Below the pieces are notes generated by a model. It saw only the letters and a program-made list of their open reading frames with translations, was not told the origin of the DNA and made no database searches. From positions 861,746-893,745 of the forward strand of contig NZ_CP040078.1 in NCBI RefSeq assembly GCF_005280735.1: a stretch of DNA of 32,000 bases, read 5' to 3'. How positions within the stretch are numbered: the first letter of the stretch is position 1; every line of letters begins with the position of its first letter. Position numbers and translations under genes: made by a program. The stretch comes from Trinickia violacea. Lineage in GTDB: Bacteria > Pseudomonadota > Gammaproteobacteria > Burkholderiales > Burkholderiaceae. Shown here one piece after another: positions 1-8,118 of the stretch.

Positions 1-402
1 TCCCTTGGCGGTAAACATGCCCGTGCCTGGCGCGATCGCAGACGGAGCGACACCCGGGCGATGGTGAGGCGTGTTGTCCGGGTGGGACATGCGTCCGGCG
101 TGCATGAGCTGAATGAACAGATGGCCGCCTTTCCCATGCACCGCGTCTGTGACGCGCTTCCAGCCGGCCACGTGCTCATCGGTGTAGATGCCGGGCGTCA
201 TCAGGTAGCCCTGACCGTCAGCCGAGGGCTGCGTCCCTTCCGACACGATCAGGCCGACACTGGCGCGCTGCGCGTAATACTCGACGGCCAGCTCGCCTGG
301 CGTGCCGTCGAACTGGGCACGCGACCGGGTCATCGGTGCCATGACCAAGCGGTTTTGCAGGGTGTAGCGGCCGACACGGACGGAATCGAATAGTTTGCTC
401 AC
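1..402 (-). CDS. Old Yellow Enzyme family NADH:flavin oxidoreductase (alkene / N-ethylmaleimide-type reductase); 5' part only, continues off the left edge
   Basis: Absent from the ORF track because it is open at the window edge. My minus-strand translation from GTG at 402 reads VSKLFDSVRVGRYTLQNRLVMAPMTRSRAQFDGTPGELAVEYYAQRASVGLIVSEGTQPS...GHLFIQLMHAGRMSHP. This is the canonical OYE N-terminus (MAPMTR, QLxHAGR). AAGGA lies 7 nt upstream of the GTG. Confidence 0.85.
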   Translation of the reverse strand, partial: MSKLFDSVRVGRYTLQNRLVMAPMTRSRAQFDGTPGELAVEYYAQRASVGLIVSEGTQPSADGQGYLMTPGIYTDEHVAGWKRVTDAVHGKGGHLFIQLMHAGRMSHPDNTPHHRPGVAPSAIAPGTGMFTAKG

Positions 403-562
403 GTTTAAATCCTTGGTTGGAGTGGAACAAGGGCAGGCACGATGACTCGACGAAGTGACGGACACTGCCGTGGCCCCACGAACGCGTCGGCTGCAGCCTG
501 AGCTTGCGATGGACGAATCATCGTCTGCTTCGCACGGAAGATAAAGATGGTCTTTCGGATAT

Positions 563-586
563 CATTGCTCCATCGATGGAGCAATG
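563..586. promoter_or_regulatory. 24-bp perfect palindrome CATTGCTCCATCGATGGAGCAATG at the 5' end of the LysR gene (candidate operator or SD-sequestering hairpin)
   Basis: Read directly: positions 563-574 are the exact reverse complement of 575-586. The right arm contains GGAG (578-581) and the first in-frame ATG (584). Confidence 0.5.
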
Positions 587-589
587 CGG

Positions 590-1465
590 ATGGACGATTA
601 CCTCAATGACATGGCTTTGTTCGTAGAAGTCGTCAAAGCCAAAGGCTTTCGGAACGCGGCGCAAGCGCTGGACATACCGAACTCGACGGTGTCGAGGCGA
701 ATCGGCGCACTCGAGAAAACCGTCGGGCTGCGTCTGCTGCATCGCACGACCCGCAAGATCGAGCTGACAGAGGCTGGCCAGATTTATTTTGAGCGGTGCA
801 AGCGCATTGTCGACGAGGCCCGCCTCGCCCACGAGCAGCTCGGCGAAATGCTGGCTCAGCCCAGCGGCGTACTGCGCGTGTCGCTGCCGGTCGACTTCGC
901 CGTGACTTACCTGGCGCCGCTTGTCGTGGAGTTCGCTGAACTCTATCCCGGCATCAGCTTCGATTTCGATCTCACGTCGAGGCGGATCGATCTTGTCAGT
1001 GAGCCCTACGACGTTGCGATCCGGATAGGCGAGTCCGAGGACTCTCAGTTGATTGCGCGTCCGCTGGCCTCGCTGACCCCGTACCTGTTTGCGTCACCTG
1101 GCTATCTCAAACTAGCGGGGGAACCGAACAAGCCCGCCGATCTCACGCGGCACGAATGCCTGACGATCCTAAAGGCGGCCACCTGGACATTGCAGGATGG
1201 AAAGCGGACGACTACGGTGCCGGTACGCGGGCGGTTCGCGCTCAACAGCGTCGGCATGATTCGACGTCTCGCAGTGCTGGATCGAGGCATTGTTCTGATG
1301 CCGCGGGAAGTCGTCGTAGACGATCTGGCCAGCGGGACGTTGCGCCCGGTTCTGCCGGGCTGGCACGGCACGGCCGTGTCGATCTATGCCGTCACGGAAA
1401 CCCGGTTGCTGCCCGCGAAAACGCAGCGCTTTATTGAATTCCTTCAGGGACGGTTGGCACGGTAG
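590..1465 (+). CDS. LysR family transcriptional regulator, divergent from the OYE reductase
   Basis: Track ORF 584..1465. N-terminal HTH MALFVEVVKAKGFRNAAQALDIPNSTVSRRIGALEKTVGLRLLHRTTRKIELTEAG is typical of LysR. I prefer ATG 590 because GGAG lies 8 nt upstream of it, and only 2 nt upstream of ATG 584. Confidence 0.9.
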   Translation: MDDYLNDMALFVEVVKAKGFRNAAQALDIPNSTVSRRIGALEKTVGLRLLHRTTRKIELTEAGQIYFERCKRIVDEARLAHEQLGEMLAQPSGVLRVSLPVDFAVTYLAPLVVEFAELYPGISFDFDLTSRRIDLVSEPYDVAIRIGESEDSQLIARPLASLTPYLFASPGYLKLAGEPNKPADLTRHECLTILKAATWTLQDGKRTTTVPVRGRFALNSVGMIRRLAVLDRGIVLMPREVVVDDLASGTLRPVLPGWHGTAVSIYAVTETRLLPAKTQRFIEFLQGRLAR

Positions 1466-1641
1466 AGCAGTGAATGCCGACTTCAAGAGAGTTCGAATCC
1501 GAAGCGTCAATGGCCGGCACTTCTTGTGCCAATTCCCCAGCGCTACGCGGGACCGCGGGAATTCCCGGACGACGAAATTGCGCGCTAACGTTTGCGATAT
1601 ATCTTGCGTTGGCGCGCGTCGAATTTTGCTTGCGCCGATCC

Positions 1642-2508
1642 TCAATTTGAGTCGAGCGTGTGGCTGCCGACGTTGAATTGCGGCTCCCGCGAGGCGCCTT
1701 CGAAGCCACCGAGTGCATGGTTTGCCACGCTGCTGTCGATTGCAGCGACGCGCCGCGTCAGCCGCGGATGGGTCCGGAAGATTTCGGTGAGGAAACCGAA
1801 GATGGGCGGCACCATTTTTTCCTGAGCGATGAATGCATTGGAATTCATCGATGCATTCAGGCGTCGGCAGCCGCAACCCAGCATCTGCAATGCGCCGCGT
1901 GACGCGTGGGCGTCCTTTGATAGATAGGCGCCAATGCTGTCGCATGTGTATTCCCGCGAGCGCGAGTAAGCCTTGCCGAGAAATGGGACGACGTGCGCCG
2001 GCAGCTTGAGCGTGTTGATCCACGGATTCAGGTGCCCGGCCGCATGATGGCCCAACTCGTGACCGATCACGAAACGCACTTGGGCGTCGCTGTTCGCTTC
2101 GACGAGAGCACCGGTCAGGAAGACATAGCGGCCGCCGAGCAGGCGCCGCGCAAAGGCGTTGAAAAGGCCGTTCGAGTTGTAGATGAAGGTCTTCGGCGGC
2201 TCGGACAGGCCGATCTCCCGCGAGGCTTCGACGACCATCGCGTGGAACTCCGGGAACTGCTCGCTGCCCAGCAGCACCATGTTGCCGAATGCGGACGCCC
2301 GATAAGCCGCGGATGCCAGCCAGTAGAAAATCGCTGCCGCGACGCCATATCCGACGTAGAGGCGGATGAAGTGGCCCGCCTTGGGGTCGTTCCAATGGTT
2401 ATAGATCGCCAGCGCAATGGCGATCCACAAAAGGACGCCAATCACGATCATGATCCGTTGATAGCCCTTCTCCCGCTTGTTTCTAAGTAAATCGAATGTA
2501 TTCGCCAT
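1642..2508 (-). CDS. M48 family zinc metallopeptidase (HtpX-like), membrane-anchored
   Basis: 288-aa ORF with HExxH in FVIGHELGHHAAGH. Two N-terminal hydrophobic helices: IMIVIGVLLWIAIALAIY and VGYGVAAAIFYWLASAAY. Confidence 0.85.
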   Translation of the reverse strand: MANTFDLLRNKREKGYQRIMIVIGVLLWIAIALAIYNHWNDPKAGHFIRLYVGYGVAAAIFYWLASAAYRASAFGNMVLLGSEQFPEFHAMVVEASREIGLSEPPKTFIYNSNGLFNAFARRLLGGRYVFLTGALVEANSDAQVRFVIGHELGHHAAGHLNPWINTLKLPAHVVPFLGKAYSRSREYTCDSIGAYLSKDAHASRGALQMLGCGCRRLNASMNSNAFIAQEKMVPPIFGFLTEIFRTHPRLTRRVAAIDSSVANHALGGFEGASREPQFNVGSHTLDSN

Positions 2509-2683
2509 TTGATTTTCCCCAGCCTCGGATTGTTAATTGGTTTTCTCTCAGAGCGGCATAGCGGGCCGCAATAAGTATATAGAGGGCTTTGGGGATTGGG
2601 CGCAAGTTTTTTTGAAGGGCGGGCCGCCGCATATCACGCGGATGAAGCGCTGCGGCGATTCGTGGAGATTGCCCGTGAAGCAA

Positions 2684-2721
2684 GGCACAGCTTCCTCGCG
2701 TTCGTGCGATGAAGCTGTGCC
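2684..2721 (-). terminator. Stem-loop downstream of the porin gene (candidate terminator)
   Basis: GGCACAGCTTC (2684-2694) is the exact reverse complement of GAAGCTGTGCC (2711-2721), with a 16-nt loop. It starts 8 nt after the porin stop. The trailing U-run in minus orientation is only partial (ttgcttc). Confidence 0.45.
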
Positions 2722-2728
2722 AAGGCGC

Positions 2729-3895
2729 TTAGAACGCGTGCCGAATGCCGACCGTCACGGCCACTTGCGTGCTCGTCGACGACGGTGACAGCGTGTTGAT
2801 CATCGCGTCGCCGAGCACGGAGCCCGCAGGCGCACCGTGCACGTTCTGATAGACGCCTTCGAGGTAGACGTCGGTGCGCTTGCTCAGCGAGTAATCGGTC
2901 TGCAGCATGACCGTGTTCCACCCCGGCGTTGCGTTCGTCGCGCCGTCCGAGTAGGCGCCGTCGGTGTACGTGTACGCAGCCGACAGCGTCAACGCCGGCG
3001 TGAGCGCGTATTTCGCATTCACTTCGAAGTTGTCGAGGCGCAGGGTTCCACCGAGCGGCATGTAGTTGCCCGTGCCCAGCGAGATGACGCTCGCCATGTT
3101 GTCGATCTGCGTATGGCTCCAGACCAGACCGACGGTGGCCGGCCCGAACGTATAGTTGCCGCCGGCGCCCCAGATGCGCTGACGTTCGGCGATAAAGTTG
3201 GCGCTGCCGTCCTTGACCGCGATGGCGCCGTTCGGGTTGGTGCCGAGCACGCCGCCACCCGGATTGTTGAACTGGAGATAGCCGGCCGCCAGATTCACCG
3301 GGCCTTGGCTGTACCCCACGCTAAAGCCATAGACGCGGTTGTTCGCAAATCCACCCGCCGCATTGCTGAAGGAATACATGGCTTCGCCCGTGATGCCGGC
3401 GATGGTCGGGCTCACGTACTTGACCGTGTTGTTGACGACGACCGAGTCAGCTGCGAGGTTGTCGTTCTCGAACGGATGCGCCGCGATGTTGCCGCCCCAC
3501 GTGTTGCTTTCCGCGGAGAGCGGTCCGAGCAGGTCGTTGACCACGTCGAACTGCCGGCCGAATGTGACGGTGCCGTAGGGATCGCTCTGCAACCCGACCC
3601 ACGCCTGCGAACCGAATCCGTCGCCGGAGAATGCCTGGGTGCCGTTGTTCAGGTTGAAGCCTTGCTCGAGCTTGAAGACCGCATGCAAGCCGCCGCCCAA
3701 GTCTTCAGAGCCCTTGAGGCCGAAGACGGTGTTCTGCGTCGAGCTGGTGGCCATTTGCCAGGCGCTATGACCGGTCTGGTTGTTCGTATAGACGATGCCG
3801 GTATCGATGAGACCGTACAGGGTCACGCTGCTTTGCGCATGGGCCGATACCGCAAATGCCCCGGATACCGCGAGAGCCAGCAAGGACTTTTTCAC
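2729..3895 (-). CDS. Gram-negative general porin (OmpC-like, Burkholderia type)
   Basis: 388 aa. Signal peptide MKKSLLALAVSGAFAVSAHA followed by QSSVTLYGLIDTG. Gly/Asn/Tyr-rich beta-strand pattern and C-terminal ...VGIRHAF ending in Phe. Confidence 0.9.
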   Translation of the reverse strand: MKKSLLALAVSGAFAVSAHAQSSVTLYGLIDTGIVYTNNQTGHSAWQMATSSTQNTVFGLKGSEDLGGGLHAVFKLEQGFNLNNGTQAFSGDGFGSQAWVGLQSDPYGTVTFGRQFDVVNDLLGPLSAESNTWGGNIAAHPFENDNLAADSVVVNNTVKYVSPTIAGITGEAMYSFSNAAGGFANNRVYGFSVGYSQGPVNLAAGYLQFNNPGGGVLGTNPNGAIAVKDGSANFIAERQRIWGAGGNYTFGPATVGLVWSHTQIDNMASVISLGTGNYMPLGGTLRLDNFEVNAKYALTPALTLSAAYTYTDGAYSDGATNATPGWNTVMLQTDYSLSKRTDVYLEGVYQNVHGAPAGSVLGDAMINTLSPSSTSTQVAVTVGIRHAF

Positions 3896-4498
3896 TATTA
3901 TCTTCTCCGTAAGTTTTAACGAACTGCGAAAACCACTATGCCTCTATTGCTGGTCAGCACGACGACCCGCCGCGGTGCGGGCTCATGACCTGTGGGGCGG
4001 CAGGGTGCGCGCGCGAGCGTGGCGATTGACTGGACTTCATGAGATTCTCTTGTTGTTGTCAAAGCGGCTGGCGTAACGCGGTTCCCGGCCGAGTAAGCAC
4101 GAGGCGTGCAAATCTAAAGAGCTTCACTATGCAGCAAGCAAACCGGCCGCAAGCTATGAACGGCCTATACAGCAAATCACGTGCCATGGGCGTTCATCGG
4201 CCGAAGCTACGATTGCCTGTTGCTGGAAGGGACCGTCGTTCCGAAGCCAGTTGGGTCAATGCCAGAAGATAAAACGATTAATGACGGTGATTTAAATGCG
4301 GGTGGCAGCGTTATTGATAAGGGAGGGTGAAGATAGGGGATGCGAATGGAAATCGCTCCGCCACTTGATATGACGTCAAACGTGAAAGATGAATTTGGTG
4401 CACAAGTTGCTTTCACTTGTGGCACGAATGGGCATCTTTGGTGCTCTGTTGAACGATTCGGGCGATTTGGCGCGAGAGGGGGAGTTAGAGGTCGGCAG

Positions 4499-5578
4499 TC
4501 ATCTATCGCGAGTCCAAAGGACGGCGTGCCACACGGAGTTACTCGGCGCGGAGTAACCCGCGATTTCTCCGCGGTTGTTGATTGACCGAGCCATACTTTG
4601 GTTGTCACCGGGGAGCATGCCCAGGTCGGTCATCACCCCGTGCTCATAGAGAAAGGCGTGCTGCTCCCACCCGCTTGCCGTGGACGATGAGCCGACCACC
4701 TGGCCGCGCTCGTTGATCCCGTAAGCGGCGCTGTTGGTGCCGCCGGGGAGCGTGCCCAGATCGATCATCTGTCCGTGCTCGAACAGAAAGGCGTGCGTGT
4801 TCCCGCTTGCCGTGGACGACGAACCGACCACCTGGCCACGATTGTTGATCGCGTAAGCGGCGCTGCTGTTGCCGCCGGGGAGCGTGCCCAGGTCGGTCAT
4901 CACCCCCTTTGCAAACAGAAAGGCGTGCTCGTTGTTCCCGTTTGCAGTGGACCAGCCGACCACCTCGCCGCGCTCGTTGATCCCGAAAGCGGAACTGAAG
5001 TAGCCGCCGGGGAGCGTGCCCAGATCGGTCATCACGCCGTTTTCGTAAAGAAAGGCTTGCGACGCCCGGCTTGCGTTGAACGACCAGCCGACGATTTGAC
5101 CGCGATTGTTGATCGCGTTAGCCGCGCTGTTGTCGCCGCCAGGGAGCAGACCCAGGTCGGTCACGACCCCGTTCTCGAACAGCGTCGCATGCGGGTAGCC
5201 TTTCGAGTCGAAAGAGTAGCCGACCGCCTGGCCGAGCTCGTTGATTCCGTAAGCGGCGGCACTGCGCTCGCCACCGGGAAGCGTGCCCAGGTCGGTCACC
5301 ACTCCGTTATCAAACAGAGCAGCGTGCGGGTAATTCCTCGAGTTGATCGAGCCACCGGCGATTTGGCCACGCTCATTGATCGCGATCGCTTGGCTGCTCT
5401 TGCCGCCGGGGAGCGTGCCGAGGTCCTTGATGCTAAAACTTTGGTTGGCGATGTCAGCGCTTTGACCTGCGGCGGGTTGGAATGCGGCGATCGTGACCAG
5501 GGCGAAAACAATCAGAGCGCAGTGAACGTAGTTCACACTGCTAATTAGCTTGCGTACAGATTGCATGACGATCCCCAT
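4499..5578 (-). CDS. HAF-family extracellular repeat protein (TIGR02913-like) with 7 repeats and a signal peptide
   Basis: There are seven units of about 44-45 aa with the pattern HAFL(F/Y)xxGVMTDLGTLPGGxxSxAxxINxRGQVVG. The N-terminus has a K/R n-region and the hydrophobic stretch ALIVFALVTIAAF. ATG 5566 (MQSV...) is an alternative start with GGGA upstream. Confidence 0.85.
   Translation of the reverse strand: MGIVMQSVRKLISSVNYVHCALIVFALVTIAAFQPAAGQSADIANQSFSIKDLGTLPGGKSSQAIAINERGQIAGGSINSRNYPHAALFDNGVVTDLGTLPGGERSAAAYGINELGQAVGYSFDSKGYPHATLFENGVVTDLGLLPGGDNSAANAINNRGQIVGWSFNASRASQAFLYENGVMTDLGTLPGGYFSSAFGINERGEVVGWSTANGNNEHAFLFAKGVMTDLGTLPGGNSSAAYAINNRGQVVGSSSTASGNTHAFLFEHGQMIDLGTLPGGTNSAAYGINERGQVVGSSSTASGWEQHAFLYEHGVMTDLGMLPGDNQSMARSINNRGEIAGYSAPSNSVWHAVLWTRDR
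4600..5440 (-). repeat. Intragenic tandem DNA repeats of about 132-135 bp encoding the HAF blades
   Basis: The motif ccgccggggagcgtgcccag(g/a)tcggtcatcac recurs near 4607, 4741, 4873, 5005, 5137, 5270 and 5402. Copies are imperfect. Confidence 0.8.
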
Positions 5579-5940
5579 TCATGGGACATGACCTGGATCG
5601 CAATCGGCGACCCGTCCGTAAGCGCGCCGAAGCCTGCTAAAGCTAGCTGAACTTTTGACAACTCACTGCGTGATAGTCAGAGGCATAGGTCGACATCGAG
5701 ATGGACGTCGGCAGGACTTCGATTCGCGTGCGGTGCGAAGCGCCACGCCTTGCGTCTCAATGTAGGCAAAGGCCGAAAGAAAGTCGAGTTTTATTATCAA
5801 TAAAAAATCCAGTAAATTTTCCATCCATTGCATATGGGTCGGAATAAATTCCATTGAAATGAATGCGGATATAGGCTATCGGGCGATCAACGGGACAGCC
5901 CAAAACATCATCGATTGACTCAAGACGAGGAGCATTTGAA

Positions 5941-6090
5941 ATGGATTGGCTACATGCCATCTCTTATTTTTTCGGCGGTGCGTTTTTCGCGAATGTCGTG
6001 CCATTCGGCATGCGAATCCTGGCGATGGGGCTGTTCTGTGCTCGGCACTTCGGCAGCTTGCATGGCGGCAATACTCGGGAACGTATATGA
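5941..6090 (+). CDS. Small hypothetical hydrophobic protein (49 aa), possibly a remnant
   Basis: Below the track cutoff. My translation reads MDWLHAISYFFGGAFFANVVPFGMRILAMGLFCARHFGSLHGGNTRERI*. GAGGAG lies 8-9 nt upstream of the ATG. I could assign no family. Confidence 0.25.
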   Translation: MDWLHAISYFFGGAFFANVVPFGMRILAMGLFCARHFGSLHGGNTRERI

Positions 6091-6229
6091 TCGCCTCGGC
6101 AACCGGTACCTTCAGGCTACTGAAGCACTTCAGCTTTCCCGCATTGACTCATACGCGTGCTCGAACTGCTGCGCCGCACGCTAGCAGGCAGGAGTAGACT
6201 GCGCAATCCGATACGAGCCAAATCCATCA

Positions 6230-7117
6230 ATGCAGCGCGTCGACTTCAACAATCTCCGGGCTTTCATCGTGGTCGCGCGCGAGCGCAGCTTTACTCGCGC
6301 GGCGGCGCAGCTTGGCGTGTCGCAATCGGCGCTCAGCCACACGATTCGCGGACTGGAAGAGAAACTAGGCATTCGCCTCCTCACGCGCACGACGCGCGGC
6401 GTCTCGCCGACCGAGGCGGGCGAGCGGCTGCTCTTGAGCGTGGGGCCGCACTATGAGGGAATCGAGTCCGAGCTGACCGCGTTGAACGAGCTGCGGGAAA
6501 AGCCTGCCGGCACGATACGCATCACGGCGCACGATCATGCGATCGATACCGTGCTCTGGCCGAAGCTCGCGAAGCTCATGGCCGAATACCCGGATATCAC
6601 GGTCGAACTCAACGTCAACTACGCGCTGACCGATATCGTCGCCGAGCGCTACGACGCCGGGGTGCGCAACGGCGATCAGGTGGCCAAGGACATGATCGCC
6701 GTGCGCATCGGTCCTGACGTTCGCATGACGGTGGTCGGCGCTCCGGCGTACTGCTCGAACAAATCGCTGCCGAAAACGCCTCGAGACTTGGCTGCGCACG
6801 TCTGCATCAATCTTCGGCTGCCTACCTATGGCGGGCTCTACGCTTGGGAGCTCACCAAGGACGGCCAAAATCTGCAAGTCCAAGTACGCGGCCAATTCAT
6901 CGTCAATACCACACCGCAGATACTCACCGCTGCGCTTGCGGGTTTTGGCCTCGCGTTCTTGCCGGAGGACGTGGTGGCGACGCATATCGAGGCGGGCCGC
7001 CTCGTGCGCATGCTCGACGATTGGTGTCCGTCGTTTCCCGGCTATCACCTGTATTACCCGAGCCGCCGGCAGGTGTCGCCGGCGTTTGCACTGCTGGTGA
7101 ATGCGTTGCGCTATTGA
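6230..7117 (+). CDS. LysR family transcriptional regulator
   Basis: 295 aa. The HTH FIVVARERSFTRAAAQLGVSQSALSHTIRGLEEKLGIRLLTRTTRGVSPTEAG is followed by a LysR substrate-binding domain. Confidence 0.9.
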   Translation: MQRVDFNNLRAFIVVARERSFTRAAAQLGVSQSALSHTIRGLEEKLGIRLLTRTTRGVSPTEAGERLLLSVGPHYEGIESELTALNELREKPAGTIRITAHDHAIDTVLWPKLAKLMAEYPDITVELNVNYALTDIVAERYDAGVRNGDQVAKDMIAVRIGPDVRMTVVGAPAYCSNKSLPKTPRDLAAHVCINLRLPTYGGLYAWELTKDGQNLQVQVRGQFIVNTTPQILTAALAGFGLAFLPEDVVATHIEAGRLVRMLDDWCPSFPGYHLYYPSRRQVSPAFALLVNALRY

Positions 7118-7162
7118 CGTCCAAGTTTAGACGTCAACGATAGACGTCAACGAGGACGTCAA
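7114..7162. repeat. Cluster of four GACGTCAA/TTGACGTC motifs (1 inverted, 3 direct) between convergent genes
   Basis: Sequence: TTGACGTCcaagtttaGACGTCAAcgataGACGTCAAcgagGACGTCAA. Copies lie at 7114-7121 (inverted), 7130-7137, 7143-7150 and 7155-7162. The LysR stop TGA (7115-7117) and the PAP2 stop (7159-7161, minus strand) both fall inside copies. Confidence 0.8.
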
Positions 7163-7872
7163 TGCAACAAGCCGTGCGCCAGCACGCGCAGCTCGTCGAA
7201 CTGCGTCGTCAGCTCAAAACAGAGTATGAACGCCCCGCCGTAAAACACGCCGGGATAGCGCTGGGCCAGTGAGAGCATCGGTGCGGCGACGCGCGTGCGT
7301 ATCGCGTTCACGTTCATCAAAGAGGCGATGCCGATACCGAGTACCGCGCCGGCGAGCACGTCGGTCGGGTAGTGCAGTCCGAGCAGGATGCGTGGCACGC
7401 CGATCAGCACGATCGCGTGGAATAGCGCGTAAATGCCCACAGGCCGCGAGGCGAGAAAAATGCCCATGGCGACCGCGGACCAGAGCATGACGTGGTCGCT
7501 CGGAAACGCACTCCACGTTCGCAGCACGGGCTCGTCGATATTGGCTTCTGGAAAGTACGCGCGTAACGCCGGTTCATACATCGGCCGCAGGCGGAACGGC
7601 AGATAGTGCGCAAGCAGGCGGCCCGCCGCCAACGCGATAAACCCGCTCACGATCGCGATCACGACGATTTCGCACTGGCGTCGCCTCAAAGCCGCACCGT
7701 CTGGCCCGTCCGCACGTTCGGATCTGAACCAGATCCACCAGAGCAGCATCGTCAAGACCACGCCTTTGAACAAATACATGGCCACAATCGTTTCGATGGC
7801 GTGGTCGAAACGCGGAGAGTCCATGATCGCTGGACTCATGAGCTCGATGAGCCATGTGTCGAAGTGAGTCAT
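7159..7872 (-). CDS. PAP2 superfamily (type 2 phosphatidic acid / lipid phosphate) phosphatase, integral membrane
   Basis: Three PAP2 motifs are present: RLRP, FPSDH (a PSGH variant) and LGLHYPTDVLAG (HxxxD). Multiple transmembrane segments. Confidence 0.85.
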   Translation of the reverse strand: MTHFDTWLIELMSPAIMDSPRFDHAIETIVAMYLFKGVVLTMLLWWIWFRSERADGPDGAALRRRQCEIVVIAIVSGFIALAAGRLLAHYLPFRLRPMYEPALRAYFPEANIDEPVLRTWSAFPSDHVMLWSAVAMGIFLASRPVGIYALFHAIVLIGVPRILLGLHYPTDVLAGAVLGIGIASLMNVNAIRTRVAAPMLSLAQRYPGVFYGGAFILCFELTTQFDELRVLAHGLLH

Positions 7873-8118
7873 TCGCTTAGATGTCCTCCTCGATAGGTAA
7901 GAACAATAAGTGGATATACGGTAACGATGCTTGGATATAGGGTATGTGCGTTAGCGCAAGCAGCGTGCCTGATCGATCCGAGCGTCAAGGCGGCAGACCG
8001 CATCGCTGTGCCGGCGCTGAAATCCATGACGCCAGCGCCTATAGCATTCATGGATGCGGGTGCAAAGAAGTATCGTCTGCCGAATGCATTGCTTGCCGGC
8101 GCCGAGACGAGGGCTGTC

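Noticed and set aside
1455-1510. tRNA-like strings (GGTAGAGCA D-arm-like and GTTCGAATCC T-loop-like) just after the LysR stop
   Set aside because: I could not fold a cloverleaf. The T-stem halves (gagag/ccgaa) are not complementary, the would-be anticodon loop lacks U33, and there is no acceptor complement. GGTAG includes the LysR stop codon. This is most likely coincidence, or at best an unrecognisable relic.
1169-2395. 408-aa minus-strand ORF spanning the LysR 3' end and the M48 gene
   Set aside because: It overlaps two well-supported genes, antisense or out of frame. It has Arg/Pro-rich low-complexity composition and no recognisable domain.
2837-3919. 360-aa plus-strand ORF
   Set aside because: It is antisense to the porin gene, which has a signal peptide, beta-barrel pattern and C-terminal Phe. 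The ORF has no features of its own.
4340-4585. 81-aa plus-strand ORF with a purine-rich upstream region (gggagggtgaagatagggg)
   Set aside because: It overlaps the 3' end of the HAF gene by 87 nt in convergent orientation. The second half is Arg/Gly-rich noise and there is no homology. The first ~45 codons cannot be excluded as a small gene.
4600-5440. Regularly spaced repeats that could be mistaken for a CRISPR-like array
   Set aside because: The period of about 132-135 bp has no unique spacers. The repeats are imperfect, in frame, and encode the HAF protein blades.
4775-5548. 257-aa plus-strand ORF with its own internal repeats
   Set aside because: It is the antisense reading of the HAF repeats. 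Its periodicity is inherited from the real gene on the other strand.
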